Source: an uncultured Mollicutes bacterium (GTDB lineage: Bacteria > Bacillota_I > Bacilli_A > ML615J-28 > CAG-313). From it: a stretch of 64,000 nt of DNA. The stretch is taken from NCBI GenBank assembly GCA_900539265.1, contig UQBM01000006.1, positions 7,848 through 71,847 on the forward strand. The letters run 5' to 3'. The position numbers were made by a program, and so were the translations under genes. Below, piece after piece: positions 18,123 through 28,815 of the stretch. Numbering within the stretch: the first letter of the stretch is position 1; each line of letters opens with the position of its first letter. The notes under the pieces are model-generated. The model worked only from the letters and a program-made list of their open reading frames with translations. It ran no database searches and was not told where the DNA came from.

Positions 18123-19859
18123 ATGTTAAAAAAATTTTGTTCTTATTACAAACCACATATGAAATTATTTTTATTCTACTTACTTTGTGCATTATTGTTA
18201 TCAGTATGTAATTTAGTATATCCTCTAATTGCAAAGTATATTATTGAAGAGTTAGCAGGACAGATAGAAAAAATAAATTTAATTTTAGCTTTAGGAGGAC
18301 TTTTATTTTTTATTTATATTATAAAAGCTATTTTAAATTTTATTATTCAATACTGGGGTCATATTGTTGGTGTCAGAATTCAAGGAGATATGAGAAAGGA
18401 GATGTTTGAACATCTTCAACAACTTCCCTTTGCATATTTTGATGATCATAAAACTGGGACAATTATGTCAAGATTAATTAATGATTTAATGGATATTTCA
18501 GAACTTGCACATCATGGTCCAGAGGATATCTTTATTGCAACAATAACTTTAATAGGATCTTGTATTTTAATGATTATTTCAGTTGATCCTTGGTTAACAC
18601 TTATTATTTTTTCAGTTGTTCCTTTTATAATTTTTTATGCTATTTTTACAAGAAAAGGAATGCGCAATGCCTTTACAAAAATGCGTGAAGAAACTGGTAA
18701 AATTAATGCTCAAGTAGAAAGTAGTGTATCAGGAATTAGAGTATCAAAAGCTTATGTAACTGAAAAATATGAAAACGAAAAATTTGCTAAGCGAAATGAA
18801 AAATTTAAAAAAGCAAGATCAATTGCGTACAAGCAAATGGGCATTTTTGGATCTGGTATGACCTTTTTTACAGATTTTTTGTATTTGATAGCCTTAGTTT
18901 CGGGTGGTATTTTCTATTCTAAAAATTATATTGATGGAGCGGAATTTACAGCTTTAATTTTGTATATTAATAATATTATTATGCCAATTAGAACAATTAT
19001 TTCAATTTTTGAACAAATTCAAAGTGGTATGACTGGTTTTGCAAGGTTTATGGAAGTATTGAATTGTAAAAAGGAAGAAGATTATCCTAATGCAATAGAT
19101 TTAGATGATATTAAAGAAGGAATAAGCTTTAATGATGTTAGTTTTAGTTATATAACTAATGAATTAGATAGTGAAGATAGTTTTGTATTATCACATTTGA
19201 CTTTTAAAATAAACAAAGGCACTACTGTGGCTTTAGTAGGACCATCAGGTGGGGGAAAAACAACCATTTGTCATCTTTTACCTAGATTTTATGAAATAAA
19301 TAGTGGTAAGATAGAAATAGATCATATTGATATTAGAAATTATAGTCGGTTTTCTCTAAGAAAAAATATTGGAATCGTACAACAAGATGTTTATTTGTTT
19401 GCAGGAACCATTAGAGAAAATATTGCTTATGGCAAAATTGATGCAAGTGAATCTGAAATTATTGATGCTGCAATCAAAGCTAATATTTGGGAATATATTC
19501 AAGGACTCCCCGATGGACTAGATACTTATGTTGGAGAAAGAGGCGTAAAACTTTCTGGAGGACAAAAACAGCGTATATCAATTGCAAGAGCCTTTCTTAA
19601 AAATCCTCCAATTTTGATTCTAGATGAGGCAACTAGTGCGTTAGATAATGTAACTGAAATGCAGATTCAAAAAGCTTTAGAGAATTTGAGTAGGGGAAGG
19701 ACAACTTTAGTTGTTGCGCATCGATTATCGACTGTTAAAAATGCAGATAATATCATTGTCATAGATAAAAGTGGAATCATTGAACAAGGAAATCATAATG
19801 AATTGATTAAAAAAAATGGTGTTTATGCAAATTTATACCAATATCAGTTTAAAGATTAA
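18123..19859 (+). CDS. ABC transporter permease/ATP-binding protein (exporter, MsbA/LmrA-like)
   Basis: A 6-TM domain followed by a nucleotide-binding domain with Walker A GPSGGGKTT, LSGGQKQRISIARA and Walker B ILILDEATS. Confidence 0.9.
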   Translation: MLKKFCSYYKPHMKLFLFYLLCALLLSVCNLVYPLIAKYIIEELAGQIEKINLILALGGLLFFIYIIKAILNFIIQYWGHIVGVRIQGDMRKEMFEHLQQLPFAYFDDHKTGTIMSRLINDLMDISELAHHGPEDIFIATITLIGSCILMIISVDPWLTLIIFSVVPFIIFYAIFTRKGMRNAFTKMREETGKINAQVESSVSGIRVSKAYVTEKYENEKFAKRNEKFKKARSIAYKQMGIFGSGMTFFTDFLYLIALVSGGIFYSKNYIDGAEFTALILYINNIIMPIRTIISIFEQIQSGMTGFARFMEVLNCKKEEDYPNAIDLDDIKEGISFNDVSFSYITNELDSEDSFVLSHLTFKINKGTTVALVGPSGGGKTTICHLLPRFYEINSGKIEIDHIDIRNYSRFSLRKNIGIVQQDVYLFAGTIRENIAYGKIDASESEIIDAAIKANIWEYIQGLPDGLDTYVGERGVKLSGGQKQRISIARAFLKNPPILILDEATSALDNVTEMQIQKALENLSRGRTTLVVAHRLSTVKNADNIIVIDKSGIIEQGNHNELIKKNGVYANLYQYQFKD

Positions 19860-19891
19860 AAAAATGTTTATAATAAAATTGAGGTGATAAA

Positions 19892-20437
19892 ATGAAGAAA
19901 AATTTATTTAGAGCAATCATAGCTTTTATTCTTGCCGGTATTTCAATGGCATTAGGTATTATAATGATTCCTAAAGTGACGGATGTTGGTAATACTATTT
20001 TATTAATTGTAATAGGAATTATTCTATTAATATATGTATATTATTATTTATTAGTAAAGGTTGCCAAAAAGTCAAGTAGTGTAGTATTAATTCTGACTTT
20101 AATTGAAATGATTGTCCTAACAATTATAGCAGTTACTTGTATATTATCAGATATATTAAATATGACAATTATTACAGAAGGTGTACAAATTCTTGGTCTT
20201 GCCTTTTGGATTCGAGGCGTTGTGGAATCTTTTAGGGCATATTATTATAGAGGATCAGCAACTGCAAAATACCCTGTTTATAAAGTTTTTTTAAATGTTA
20301 CTTTGGTAACGGTAGGTACATGGTTTTTTATTTCTGGTATTGTTTCAAATGTTATTTTAGTTTGGAGTTTAGCAATTATTTTTGTTATAACAAGTATTGC
20401 TTTAATCATATGGGGTATTTTAAAACTAAAAAAATAA
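19892..20437 (+). CDS. Integral membrane protein (about 5 TM), function unknown
   Basis: Hydrophobic ORF with a good RBS (ggtga). Confidence 0.5.
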   Translation: MKKNLFRAIIAFILAGISMALGIIMIPKVTDVGNTILLIVIGIILLIYVYYYLLVKVAKKSSSVVLILTLIEMIVLTIIAVTCILSDILNMTIITEGVQILGLAFWIRGVVESFRAYYYRGSATAKYPVYKVFLNVTLVTVGTWFFISGIVSNVILVWSLAIIFVITSIALIIWGILKLKK

Positions 20438-20470
20438 AAGAGGTTATGGGGATCCATAACCTTTATTTTT
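20438..20470. terminator. Bidirectional terminator between convergent genes
   Basis: aggttatgg gga tccataacct, flanked by A and T runs. Confidence 0.6.
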
Positions 20471-21080
20471 GTAATTTTTCAATTTTACTCATCAAAATAT
20501 CAAAGGCAACATCATTATAACCACCCTCAGGAATTATGATATCAGCGTATTTTTTAGATGGCTCAACAAAAGCATGATGCATTGGTCTTACAGATTCTAG
20601 ATATTGGCATACCACTGAATCAAGACTTCTTCCTCGATTGGTCATATCCCTTTGAAGACGACGAATAAAGCGAATATCATCGGGTGTATCAACAAAAATT
20701 TTAATGTCGTATAAATCTAGGAGTTTGTCTATGGCAAACGCCATAATTCCTTCAACAATTATTACGTTAGAAGGATAAATTTTTTCTGTTGTCATTTTTC
20801 TTGATTGGGTAACAAAATCATATAAAGGTTTATTTATTGCTATTCCTTTTTTAAGATTTTGTAGGTGTTCAAGAATTAAGGATGAATCATAAGAATCTGG
20901 GTGATCATAATTTCGTTTACCATTATTACTAAGAGGAATTTTATCTTTGTTATAATAATAATCATCAATTTTAAGTAAAGAAACAGAGCCATTTTTCGAT
21001 GCTTCATCGTATAGTCTTTTGGCAATTGTTGTTTTTCCAGATGCAGTTCCTCCTGCAATTCCAATAATGGTAGGGTTCAT
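20463..21080 (-). CDS. udk: Uridine kinase
   Basis: The P-loop IIGIAGGTASGKTT is typical of Udk. Confidence 0.9.
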   Translation of the reverse strand: MNPTIIGIAGGTASGKTTIAKRLYDEASKNGSVSLLKIDDYYYNKDKIPLSNNGKRNYDHPDSYDSSLILEHLQNLKKGIAINKPLYDFVTQSRKMTTEKIYPSNVIIVEGIMAFAIDKLLDLYDIKIFVDTPDDIRFIRRLQRDMTNRGRSLDSVVCQYLESVRPMHHAFVEPSKKYADIIIPEGGYNDVAFDILMSKIEKLQK

Positions 21081-21248
21081 TGCTAACTCCTTATTTTATT
21101 TGTATTATATTTTGTGATATTATAGCATAAAATGAAAAAATATTGTTGAAATTTGAAATAAGAATTTTAAAACTTCATTTTTCTTTCATTTTTTTAATAT
21201 TAATAGTATAATTATAATAAATAATAAATTTATAAAGTAGGTATAAGC

Positions 21249-22391
21249 ATGAATAAATTAAAAAAACTAAAACGACTTTTAGATCAAGCATCAGAAAAAC
21301 AATTATCTTTGACAAAGATTAAAGTATATGGTTATCAATATAATTATGAGGTACCATTTATTAAAAGTATTTCTAAATTTTGGTTTGGAAAACATGAAAT
21401 TGAAGATTATATTACTCCATTAAATCAAGAGAGCAATCATAATAATCGTCCAGGAATATTAAAAAAAAGTATAGAATATATTGTAATTCATGATACGGCC
21501 TCTGTGGCGAAAACTGCTGATGAATATGCCCATGCTAAGTATGTTGCAAATGGTGGTGGTGGTACTAGTTGGCATTATTCTGTTGGTAGTAAAATGATTT
21601 ATCATCAAATTCCTGATAATGAAATAGCCTATCATGCTGGAGATAGTTTATTGGTGCCATTTGAACTTTTTGATACAGAAATTGAGGGAACCAACTCTTG
21701 TCCAAAAGTTAGTATTTTAAATGATTTTTATATGATAGATGGTCAAAAAAGCAATATTAGAATTCCTGTGGTTACCTTTGAAAAAGATAACGATAAATTA
21801 GTATATGCATCAGATTTAATTAAACAATCTAAAACTGCTCCGTCTGATGCTTATGAGGGTCAAAGATATCAAATAACTAACATCAAGATTAATGATGCAG
21901 GAATTAGAGTAGATTTAATAAATGGTAAATATTATATGGGACCCACATATTATAATGCCACTTATGGATTAATCGCAAATCGTGGAGGTAACTTAAATAG
22001 TATTGGCATTGAAACGATGGTTAATGAGGGATCTAATTTAATAAGAACTTGGCATCGGTGTGCTAAATTAGTTGCTCATCTTTTAATTGATTACCAATTA
22101 GGGGTTGATAGAGTCAAACCTCATCACTTTTTTAGTGGTAAACCTTGCCCAATGACTTTAAGAAGTAATCACCTTTGGAATTATTTTATGGAATTGGTTG
22201 ATATTGAATATCAAATTCTGAAAGAATTTAATGATGTCAAAATCTCATTAATTAATTGTGATGAATCAATTGATGAAGAAGGATTAATAAAAATAGACAA
22301 AATTAAAACATCAATAATAAATTATCAAATAAAATTAGAAGATCAAAATGATGTAATGATTATTGATTATCAATTAAAAATTAAAAACTAG
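21249..22391 (+). CDS. N-acetylmuramoyl-L-alanine amidase (Amidase_2/PGRP domain) with a C-terminal extension
   Basis: IVIHDTASVA ... SWHYSVGS ... YHAG matches Amidase_2 motifs. Confidence 0.7.
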   Translation: MNKLKKLKRLLDQASEKQLSLTKIKVYGYQYNYEVPFIKSISKFWFGKHEIEDYITPLNQESNHNNRPGILKKSIEYIVIHDTASVAKTADEYAHAKYVANGGGGTSWHYSVGSKMIYHQIPDNEIAYHAGDSLLVPFELFDTEIEGTNSCPKVSILNDFYMIDGQKSNIRIPVVTFEKDNDKLVYASDLIKQSKTAPSDAYEGQRYQITNIKINDAGIRVDLINGKYYMGPTYYNATYGLIANRGGNLNSIGIETMVNEGSNLIRTWHRCAKLVAHLLIDYQLGVDRVKPHHFFSGKPCPMTLRSNHLWNYFMELVDIEYQILKEFNDVKISLINCDESIDEEGLIKIDKIKTSIINYQIKLEDQNDVMIIDYQLKIKN

Positions 22392-22400
22392 GAGAAAAAA

Positions 22401-23360
22401 ATGGCATATGTAATTACGGGAGCAACGGGACATATTGGAAATAATTTAGCAAAAAGTTTAATTCAAAATAATAAGGAAGTTGTCATTTTAACTAGAAAAA
22501 TTGATGATGCTATTAAGGGATTAGACGCTAAAATTATTATTGGTGATATTTTTGAAGATAGTTTTTTAGACAATAATATTAGAGAAAAAGATATTGTTAT
22601 TCATCTTGCTGGCGTCATTGATATTAAGAATAATAAGAAGGATGAAACATATAAAATAAATTATGAAGGGACTAAAAAACTTATTAATATATGCATTCAT
22701 AAAAATATTGAAAGATTTATTTATTTTAGTTCAGTAGATTGTATATACAAAGAAGGTGATGAAAAAGTTGTGGAGCCAGTAGAAATTTTTGCTGATAAAT
22801 TTAGTGATAATTATAGTCATACAAAGGCTCTTGCTACATCATATGTTCTAAAAATGAGGAAATTATACCCTAATATTAAAATAAATATTTTATATCCATC
22901 TGCTGTCATAGGAAAAAATGATTATAAACCTTCATCTATTGGTAAAGTTGTTAAGGATATTATGGCTAGAAAAATGCAATTTGGGGTAAAAGGTGGGTAC
23001 AACTTTATTGATGTTGATGATGTAGTAAAAGCAACAGAAATTGTGATTAATAAAAAAATTGAAGGAGATTTTTTATTAACAGGATTTCCAGTAACAATTT
23101 ATGAATTTTATCATATTGTTAATAGACATTTAGGAAGAAAGAAAAGAACATGGAAAATACCTCTTTTTATCGCTTATCTTTGCATTCCTTTTGTACCTTA
23201 TTTATCAAAATTTGTTTTAAAGACAATTAATGAAAATTATAATTATGATAATCATAAATTAAAAGATATTTTAGGATTAAGTTTAACCACCTTTGATGAT
23301 ACGATTGATAAAACAATAAAATTTTTTAAGGAATATGAGAAAGATGAAAAAATTAATTAG
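22401..23360 (+). CDS. NAD-dependent epimerase/dehydratase family (SDR) protein
   Basis: The Rossmann motif ITGATGHIGNNL is at the N-terminus. Confidence 0.8.
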   Translation: MAYVITGATGHIGNNLAKSLIQNNKEVVILTRKIDDAIKGLDAKIIIGDIFEDSFLDNNIREKDIVIHLAGVIDIKNNKKDETYKINYEGTKKLINICIHKNIERFIYFSSVDCIYKEGDEKVVEPVEIFADKFSDNYSHTKALATSYVLKMRKLYPNIKINILYPSAVIGKNDYKPSSIGKVVKDIMARKMQFGVKGGYNFIDVDDVVKATEIVINKKIEGDFLLTGFPVTIYEFYHIVNRHLGRKKRTWKIPLFIAYLCIPFVPYLSKFVLKTINENYNYDNHKLKDILGLSLTTFDDTIDKTIKFFKEYEKDEKIN

Positions 23361-26300
23361 TATAGTATTTTTAGTATTTTTAGTTTTTCTTTGTAGTTGT
23401 AGAAAAAAACAAACATTTAATGTTAAATTTATAGGTTTCAATGATACAATTATTTTAGAACAAAATTATCAAGAAAATGAAAATCTTATATATCCAAAAC
23501 CTGAAGAAATTAAAGGATATATTTTTATTGGTTGGGATTATGATATTAAAAAGGTCACTGATGACCTTGTTATAAAAGCAATTTATAAAAAGAAGTCTTA
23601 TATAGTAGAATTTAAAACTCAATTTGGTGATATAATTAAATCTGATGAATTATATTATAATGATGTTATTACATATCCTAATCCTCCTTCCTTTGAAGGA
23701 TATAGTTTTATTAAATGGGATCAAGATATTAAAAATGTCAGTGAAAATGTAACTATTACAGCCCTTTATCAAGAAATAAAAAATACGATAAGTTTTAAAA
23801 CTCAATTTGGTGATATAATTAAAATTGAGAAGATTGGTAATGATGAAAAAATTATATACCCAGAAGCTCCAGTAATAGAAGGGTATCATTTTATTGGCTG
23901 GGATTATGATATTGAATATGCCGATAGTGATTTAGTAATTACAGCTAAATATGAGAAAAAAGTTTATAATGTAACTTTTAAAACTCAATTTGGTGATTTA
24001 ATTGATGAAAAACAATATTCTTATTTAGATGTAATTATTTATCCTAATCCTTTACAAATAGAAGGATATAATTTTGTTTCATGGAGTTCTAATGAAGATT
24101 ATGTTACAACAAATATGGAGATTATTGCGTATTATAATATAATGCAATTTACTGTTACTTTTATTGGTCTTGATGAAAATATTATTGGAAGGATAACGGT
24201 AAACTATATGACTCCTTTCCTATATCCAGAAGCTCCAATTGTAGAAGGTTATACTTTTATTGGTTGGGATCAAAATTTAATAGGAGTAAAACAAGATACT
24301 AAAATAGTCGCAATTTATAAAAAAAATAATATTGATGTTGAAGTAGTTAATTCGGTTTTTTCAAATGTAGAAAATGTTTTGTTATTAGATGGAATGATTG
24401 AAAATCGTTCTAATGAGCAAATTCAAAGATTATTTGTTGATATTAATGATGAAAGAGTTAATTATGAATTGGATGTCAATAATCATTTTTCTCTTTCTAT
24501 TACAACATCATTTGAAAAATCGTCAAAAATCAATATTAATTTTTATATTGAATTAAGTAATGGAAATATTATAAAAATATATGAAGAGGAATATCTTATG
24601 TATATTGAAATTAAAACATCAAATTATATAAGTTATGTTGATAATTTAAGTTTAAATGATCCTCTCGATATTACGGCAATTCTTGAAGAGCTTAATCCTC
24701 AAGAAAATCATATTATTACAATCGATAATATTATCTATGGTGGTTATAGGGGAACTAATGAACTGCATCTTTATGATTCGTCAAATTATCGTAAGTGTAA
24801 TTCATACGGACATGAGATTGCAATTAATCAAGATGGATTTGTAGTTGATTCTAAAACTTTGGTTGATTTACCGACTGATGGATTTATTTTATCAGGACAT
24901 GGTACCTCCTCGACTTTACTTCAAAAAAATATTCAAATTGGTGATTATATTATTTATAATCAAATCGAAAAAAAGGTATACGTATATAGAAGTGAAGTCA
25001 TTAGTAGTTTAATTTCTTTAAGAGAAAGTATCTTTTTAGCTAAGGAGAAACTAATAAAAGCATATAATAATTTATTAGCATTAGATTATCAAAAATTATT
25101 TTCCATATATAATCAAGTATTAGATGATTTTGCAACCATTCTTGATTTTTATGATAATCAAATTATAATTCAGATAAAAAATAATTTAGCAAAACTTCAT
25201 TTTGGTGTTATTGAAACTAAATTTTTAGAAGTTAAAGCTTTTTGGCATTATCCAATGCGAGCAAATGGGTATCCTGAAAATAATAAAAATGAAGTATGTC
25301 TTTTTTTAAATCAAGTAAAGGCAATGGGGTTTAATACAATTTATATTAATACAAATTTTAATGGTGGAACAATTTATCCATCAAAATATTTAAAACAATT
25401 AAAAGCCAATAATTTTGTATATGATGGATATAATGATTATTTAGAGTGTTTTATTAGTGAGGCTCATAACAGGAATCTTCGAGTTGTTGCTTGGAGCAAT
25501 ACTTTTATATGTGGTGATGGTTATCTACCAAGTCACAGCCCTAGCAAATATGTTTCTTTAGATTATCATGGTAAAGATAATAGTGGTAACATTTATTTTT
25601 ATGATATTACAAACCCCGAGGTTCAAGAATTACTAGTAAATGTATATAAAGAACTTGCAACAAATTATGATTTAGATGGTATTGAATATGATTTTGTTAG
25701 ATATCCAGCAAGTAATCTGTATACTTTTAGTGGTAATATCATTGATAGTAGTTTAATTGATGATTTTGGTTATACAGAATCAGCAATTAGTTTATTCAAG
25801 GAAAGGTATAATTTAGATGGAAATATTAAAGAGTTGATTTTAAGTAGTGATGATATTAGAAATAAATGGCAAACTTTTAAAGTTTCCAATGTAACAAATA
25901 TGGTAAAAATGATTAGTACAGCAATTAAAGAAGCTAATCCAAGCATTATGATTAGTGCTGCTGTTATGTCTAGTTTATCTAGTGCAATTCAAACATATGC
26001 ACAGGATTTTGGTACATGGATAAAAGAAGGCTATGTTGATAATTTAGATCCAATGATTTATAGTGGCTCTAATTCTTATGTTTTATCAAGAGTTGAATTA
26101 TTTATTGAGACAGTTAATGATGATGCAAGTATTGTTATTGGTATTTCTCCTGATAATTCAGGTGGTAATGTTATTACAATAAGTGAACAAATAGAAATTA
26201 TTTCTAAATATTTACAATTAGGTTTCAATGAATTTTCTTGTAAAAATATTTTCTCTTCAGAAGAAATAATCAATGGTTTTATGATGTTAGAACGAGATTA

Positions 26301-26562
26301 TAATTCAACTATTTATGATGATTTCGATACTATTAGAAAAAAATATGCTCAATCTATGTTAGATAGGTTAGCTAATTATTATCAATATTTATCAATTATG
26401 TCAAATTGCAAGGAACTAATAAGACTTTATAATCTTTTATATAGTAATTTAATAGACATTAGTGTGATAAAGATAGAACTAAATAAAATTGAGAATGAAA
26501 CAATTAAAAATAAATTAATTTTAGAATTTGAATACATTGAAATGGTTTTGGAGGAAAAATAA
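23335..26562 (+). CDS. Large lipoprotein with five tandem Listeria/Bacteroides (Flg_new/InlB-B) repeats and a C-terminal glycoside-hydrolase-like GHL10 (YngK/DUF187) domain
   Basis: Signal peptide plus lipobox (FLCSC). There are five ~60-aa repeats with EGYxFIGWD. The C-terminal region (GFNTIYINTNF ... VVAWSNTF ... DGIEYDFVRYP) resembles the GHL10 family. Confidence 0.75.
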   Translation: MRKMKKLISIVFLVFLVFLCSCRKKQTFNVKFIGFNDTIILEQNYQENENLIYPKPEEIKGYIFIGWDYDIKKVTDDLVIKAIYKKKSYIVEFKTQFGDIIKSDELYYNDVITYPNPPSFEGYSFIKWDQDIKNVSENVTITALYQEIKNTISFKTQFGDIIKIEKIGNDEKIIYPEAPVIEGYHFIGWDYDIEYADSDLVITAKYEKKVYNVTFKTQFGDLIDEKQYSYLDVIIYPNPLQIEGYNFVSWSSNEDYVTTNMEIIAYYNIMQFTVTFIGLDENIIGRITVNYMTPFLYPEAPIVEGYTFIGWDQNLIGVKQDTKIVAIYKKNNIDVEVVNSVFSNVENVLLLDGMIENRSNEQIQRLFVDINDERVNYELDVNNHFSLSITTSFEKSSKININFYIELSNGNIIKIYEEEYLMYIEIKTSNYISYVDNLSLNDPLDITAILEELNPQENHIITIDNIIYGGYRGTNELHLYDSSNYRKCNSYGHEIAINQDGFVVDSKTLVDLPTDGFILSGHGTSSTLLQKNIQIGDYIIYNQIEKKVYVYRSEVISSLISLRESIFLAKEKLIKAYNNLLALDYQKLFSIYNQVLDDFATILDFYDNQIIIQIKNNLAKLHFGVIETKFLEVKAFWHYPMRANGYPENNKNEVCLFLNQVKAMGFNTIYINTNFNGGTIYPSKYLKQLKANNFVYDGYNDYLECFISEAHNRNLRVVAWSNTFICGDGYLPSHSPSKYVSLDYHGKDNSGNIYFYDITNPEVQELLVNVYKELATNYDLDGIEYDFVRYPASNLYTFSGNIIDSSLIDDFGYTESAISLFKERYNLDGNIKELILSSDDIRNKWQTFKVSNVTNMVKMISTAIKEANPSIMISAAVMSSLSSAIQTYAQDFGTWIKEGYVDNLDPMIYSGSNSYVLSRVELFIETVNDDASIVIGISPDNSGGNVITISEQIEIISKYLQLGFNEFSCKNIFSSEEIINGFMMLERDYNSTIYDDFDTIRKKYAQSMLDRLANYYQYLSIMSNCKELIRLYNLLYSNLIDISVIKIELNKIENETIKNKLILEFEYIEMVLEEK
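23416..24331 (+). repeat. Five in-frame ~180-bp coding tandem repeats (Flg_new-type domains) inside the lipoprotein gene
   Basis: tttaaaactcaatttggtgat recurs at 23613, 23793 and 23973. At the protein level the repeat is FKTQFGDIIK ... EGYxFIGWDxDI. Confidence 0.7.
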
Positions 26563-27872
26563 TGAAATATCTCTTTTTAGCAAGTGAGTATGATTTAGTT
26601 GTTGATGATACGTTTGAACTATTTTATCGAGGAGTTATTTGTTTAAATAATCCTTACCAATATTATATTTTAATTAAGTGTGAAAAAGGTCATCCTTATC
26701 CTAGATATTATACCTTTACTCCAAAATTACAAGATGTTGGTGATTATCCTTTAACAATAACTCTATTAGATAATAATCATCAAATAGTTGATGAAGAAAC
26801 AACTATTTTACGTATTCGAAATCCTCATCAACCTAAGGAAAAATTAAATGTTTTATGTATTGGCGATAGTTTAACATTTAATGGTGTTTGGCCAAGTGAA
26901 GGGTATCGAAGATTTACAAAAACTGGTGGTAATCCTTTAGGTAATGGATTTAGTGATAGTCTTCATATGATAGGTAGTTGTAAAAAGGAAGTTGATGATA
27001 GTGTTGTTGGTTATGAGGGATATGGTTCTTGGACTTGGAAATCATTTTGTACAAATGATTTAGTAAGTACTAGGTCGCCTATTTGGGTTAGTGTTCAAAA
27101 ACATAATCTGGATGAGAATGATCAACACAGTATTTGGAAATCTGGTAATTTAGAATGGGTGTTAGAAAGTATAGAAGAGAAGAGACTTAAATTTAAACGT
27201 GGAAATAACAATTGTTCTCCTAGCCCACAAATTGAAAAAGAATTTGTGCATCTTGATGGTGGAATTCATCATGATTCAATTTTTATTGACGATTTTAACT
27301 TTGAAATAGGAAATCCTTTTTGGAATGATGAAATTAAAGATATTGATTTTAAAAAATATGCCAAAAAGCAAGGAGTTTCCCAAATTGATTTAGTGTATAT
27401 TCTATTGACGTGGAATGGATTATATCGCCCATATGATCAAGAATTTAATCGCCATTTGGACTATGCCAAAATTTTAATTAATAAAATTCATCAAGCTTTT
27501 TCTAATGTTCATATTACCCTTTTGGGCATTCCTATTTGTTCTGTAAATGGTGGTATTGCTGCAAATTATGGGGCAAATGGTCCATATAGTGATACTTTTG
27601 GTACAATTTCCACAGCTTTTAATTATAATAAATGTTTAGAAAATTTTGTAAATCAAAAAGATTATAAAACTTACTGTCGGTATGTGGATTGTAAGGCACA
27701 ATTTGATAGTGAATATAATATGCCAAGTATTGAAAAACCAGTAAACATTAGATCAAAGATTACTGAAAGAATTGGAACTAATGGTGTTCACCCTAATATG
27801 GATGGTTATTTGCAATTAGGTGATGCTTTTTATCGGGCTTTAGTTAAAGACATTAATGATTTGACAAAATAA
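26562..27872 (+). CDS. SGNH/GDSL-family hydrolase, translationally coupled to the lipoprotein gene
   Basis: It contains the GDSL block LCIGDSLT. The stop and start codons overlap (TAATG), indicating an operon. Confidence 0.6.
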   Translation: MKYLFLASEYDLVVDDTFELFYRGVICLNNPYQYYILIKCEKGHPYPRYYTFTPKLQDVGDYPLTITLLDNNHQIVDEETTILRIRNPHQPKEKLNVLCIGDSLTFNGVWPSEGYRRFTKTGGNPLGNGFSDSLHMIGSCKKEVDDSVVGYEGYGSWTWKSFCTNDLVSTRSPIWVSVQKHNLDENDQHSIWKSGNLEWVLESIEEKRLKFKRGNNNCSPSPQIEKEFVHLDGGIHHDSIFIDDFNFEIGNPFWNDEIKDIDFKKYAKKQGVSQIDLVYILLTWNGLYRPYDQEFNRHLDYAKILINKIHQAFSNVHITLLGIPICSVNGGIAANYGANGPYSDTFGTISTAFNYNKCLENFVNQKDYKTYCRYVDCKAQFDSEYNMPSIEKPVNIRSKITERIGTNGVHPNMDGYLQLGDAFYRALVKDINDLTK

Positions 27873-27954
27873 ACAATAAAATCATAATATAATTTATAAG
27901 TATTTTTTGAGCATAAATTAAAAAAAAGCGTATAATATATTATAAAATAGTATA

Positions 27955-28758
27955 GTGGAGATGATGAAAATGTTAAATGACAGTTTTAAAAAAATGAATT
28001 CTAATCAAAGAGTTATTATCAAAATAGCATTAATAGGTGTTCTTAGTGCCCTTTGCTATGTTGCGGTAATGTTTTCAATTCCGATTCCATCTCCTCTTGG
28101 TAAACCAATGCTTCATTTTGGTAATCTCATCGTTATTATTTCGGCTTTACTTTTTGGTGGTCCTATTGGCGGTATTTCGGGTGCTATTGGAATGGGATTA
28201 TATGATATTTTTGCAGGGTATGATGTTTGGTCAATTATGAGAACAATTATTTTAAAGTTATTAATGGGATTAATTGTTGGTTTCATTTACAATAAATTAA
28301 TAAAAAAAGAAAATAATAGGGCCAATATTATGTTATTAGTATTGGGTAGTATATTGTTATTCATTGGTATTAGTTTAATGATTGTAGCAATTAAAAATGG
28401 CGGGTTGTTAAAAATTGATAATATAGGTGAAAAATCAATTGATTGGCCTAGTTATGTATTTAGTATTATTAATGGAGTTTTTCTTGTTTTAGTAGGAATT
28501 TTATCTAGTAAGATGCCAAATAAATTAAAAATTGCAAGTCTAGCAACTTCCATAGCAATTGTTGTAAATATTTTTGGTGAATTTATTTATAAAGTTTTAA
28601 AACAAGCAACTCTTGGTGGTAGTAACTTGTCATATTCAGTTGGCATTGGTTTTTTGAGTATTCCAGCAACTTTAATTAATGGAGCGATAACGCTTGCTAT
28701 CATACTTTTAATTTTTTTACCAATTGAAAATGCAATAAAAAAAATATTTAGTAAATAG
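27955..28758 (+). CDS. ECF-transporter S component-like membrane protein
   Basis: About 6 TM helices. The Gly-rich LLFGGPIGGISGAIGMGLYD region is typical of ECF S components. Confidence 0.5.
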   Translation: MEMMKMLNDSFKKMNSNQRVIIKIALIGVLSALCYVAVMFSIPIPSPLGKPMLHFGNLIVIISALLFGGPIGGISGAIGMGLYDIFAGYDVWSIMRTIILKLLMGLIVGFIYNKLIKKENNRANIMLLVLGSILLFIGISLMIVAIKNGGLLKIDNIGEKSIDWPSYVFSIINGVFLVLVGILSSKMPNKLKIASLATSIAIVVNIFGEFIYKVLKQATLGGSNLSYSVGIGFLSIPATLINGAITLAIILLIFLPIENAIKKIFSK

Positions 28759-28815
28759 TCCAAAAATACAAACAATTATAATCAAGAATCCATATTATAT
28801 CATAGGAGGTGTAAT

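Noticed and set aside
23650-26273. Antisense or internal short ORFs within the large lipoprotein gene
   Set aside because: They are contained in a confidently called 1075-aa CDS.
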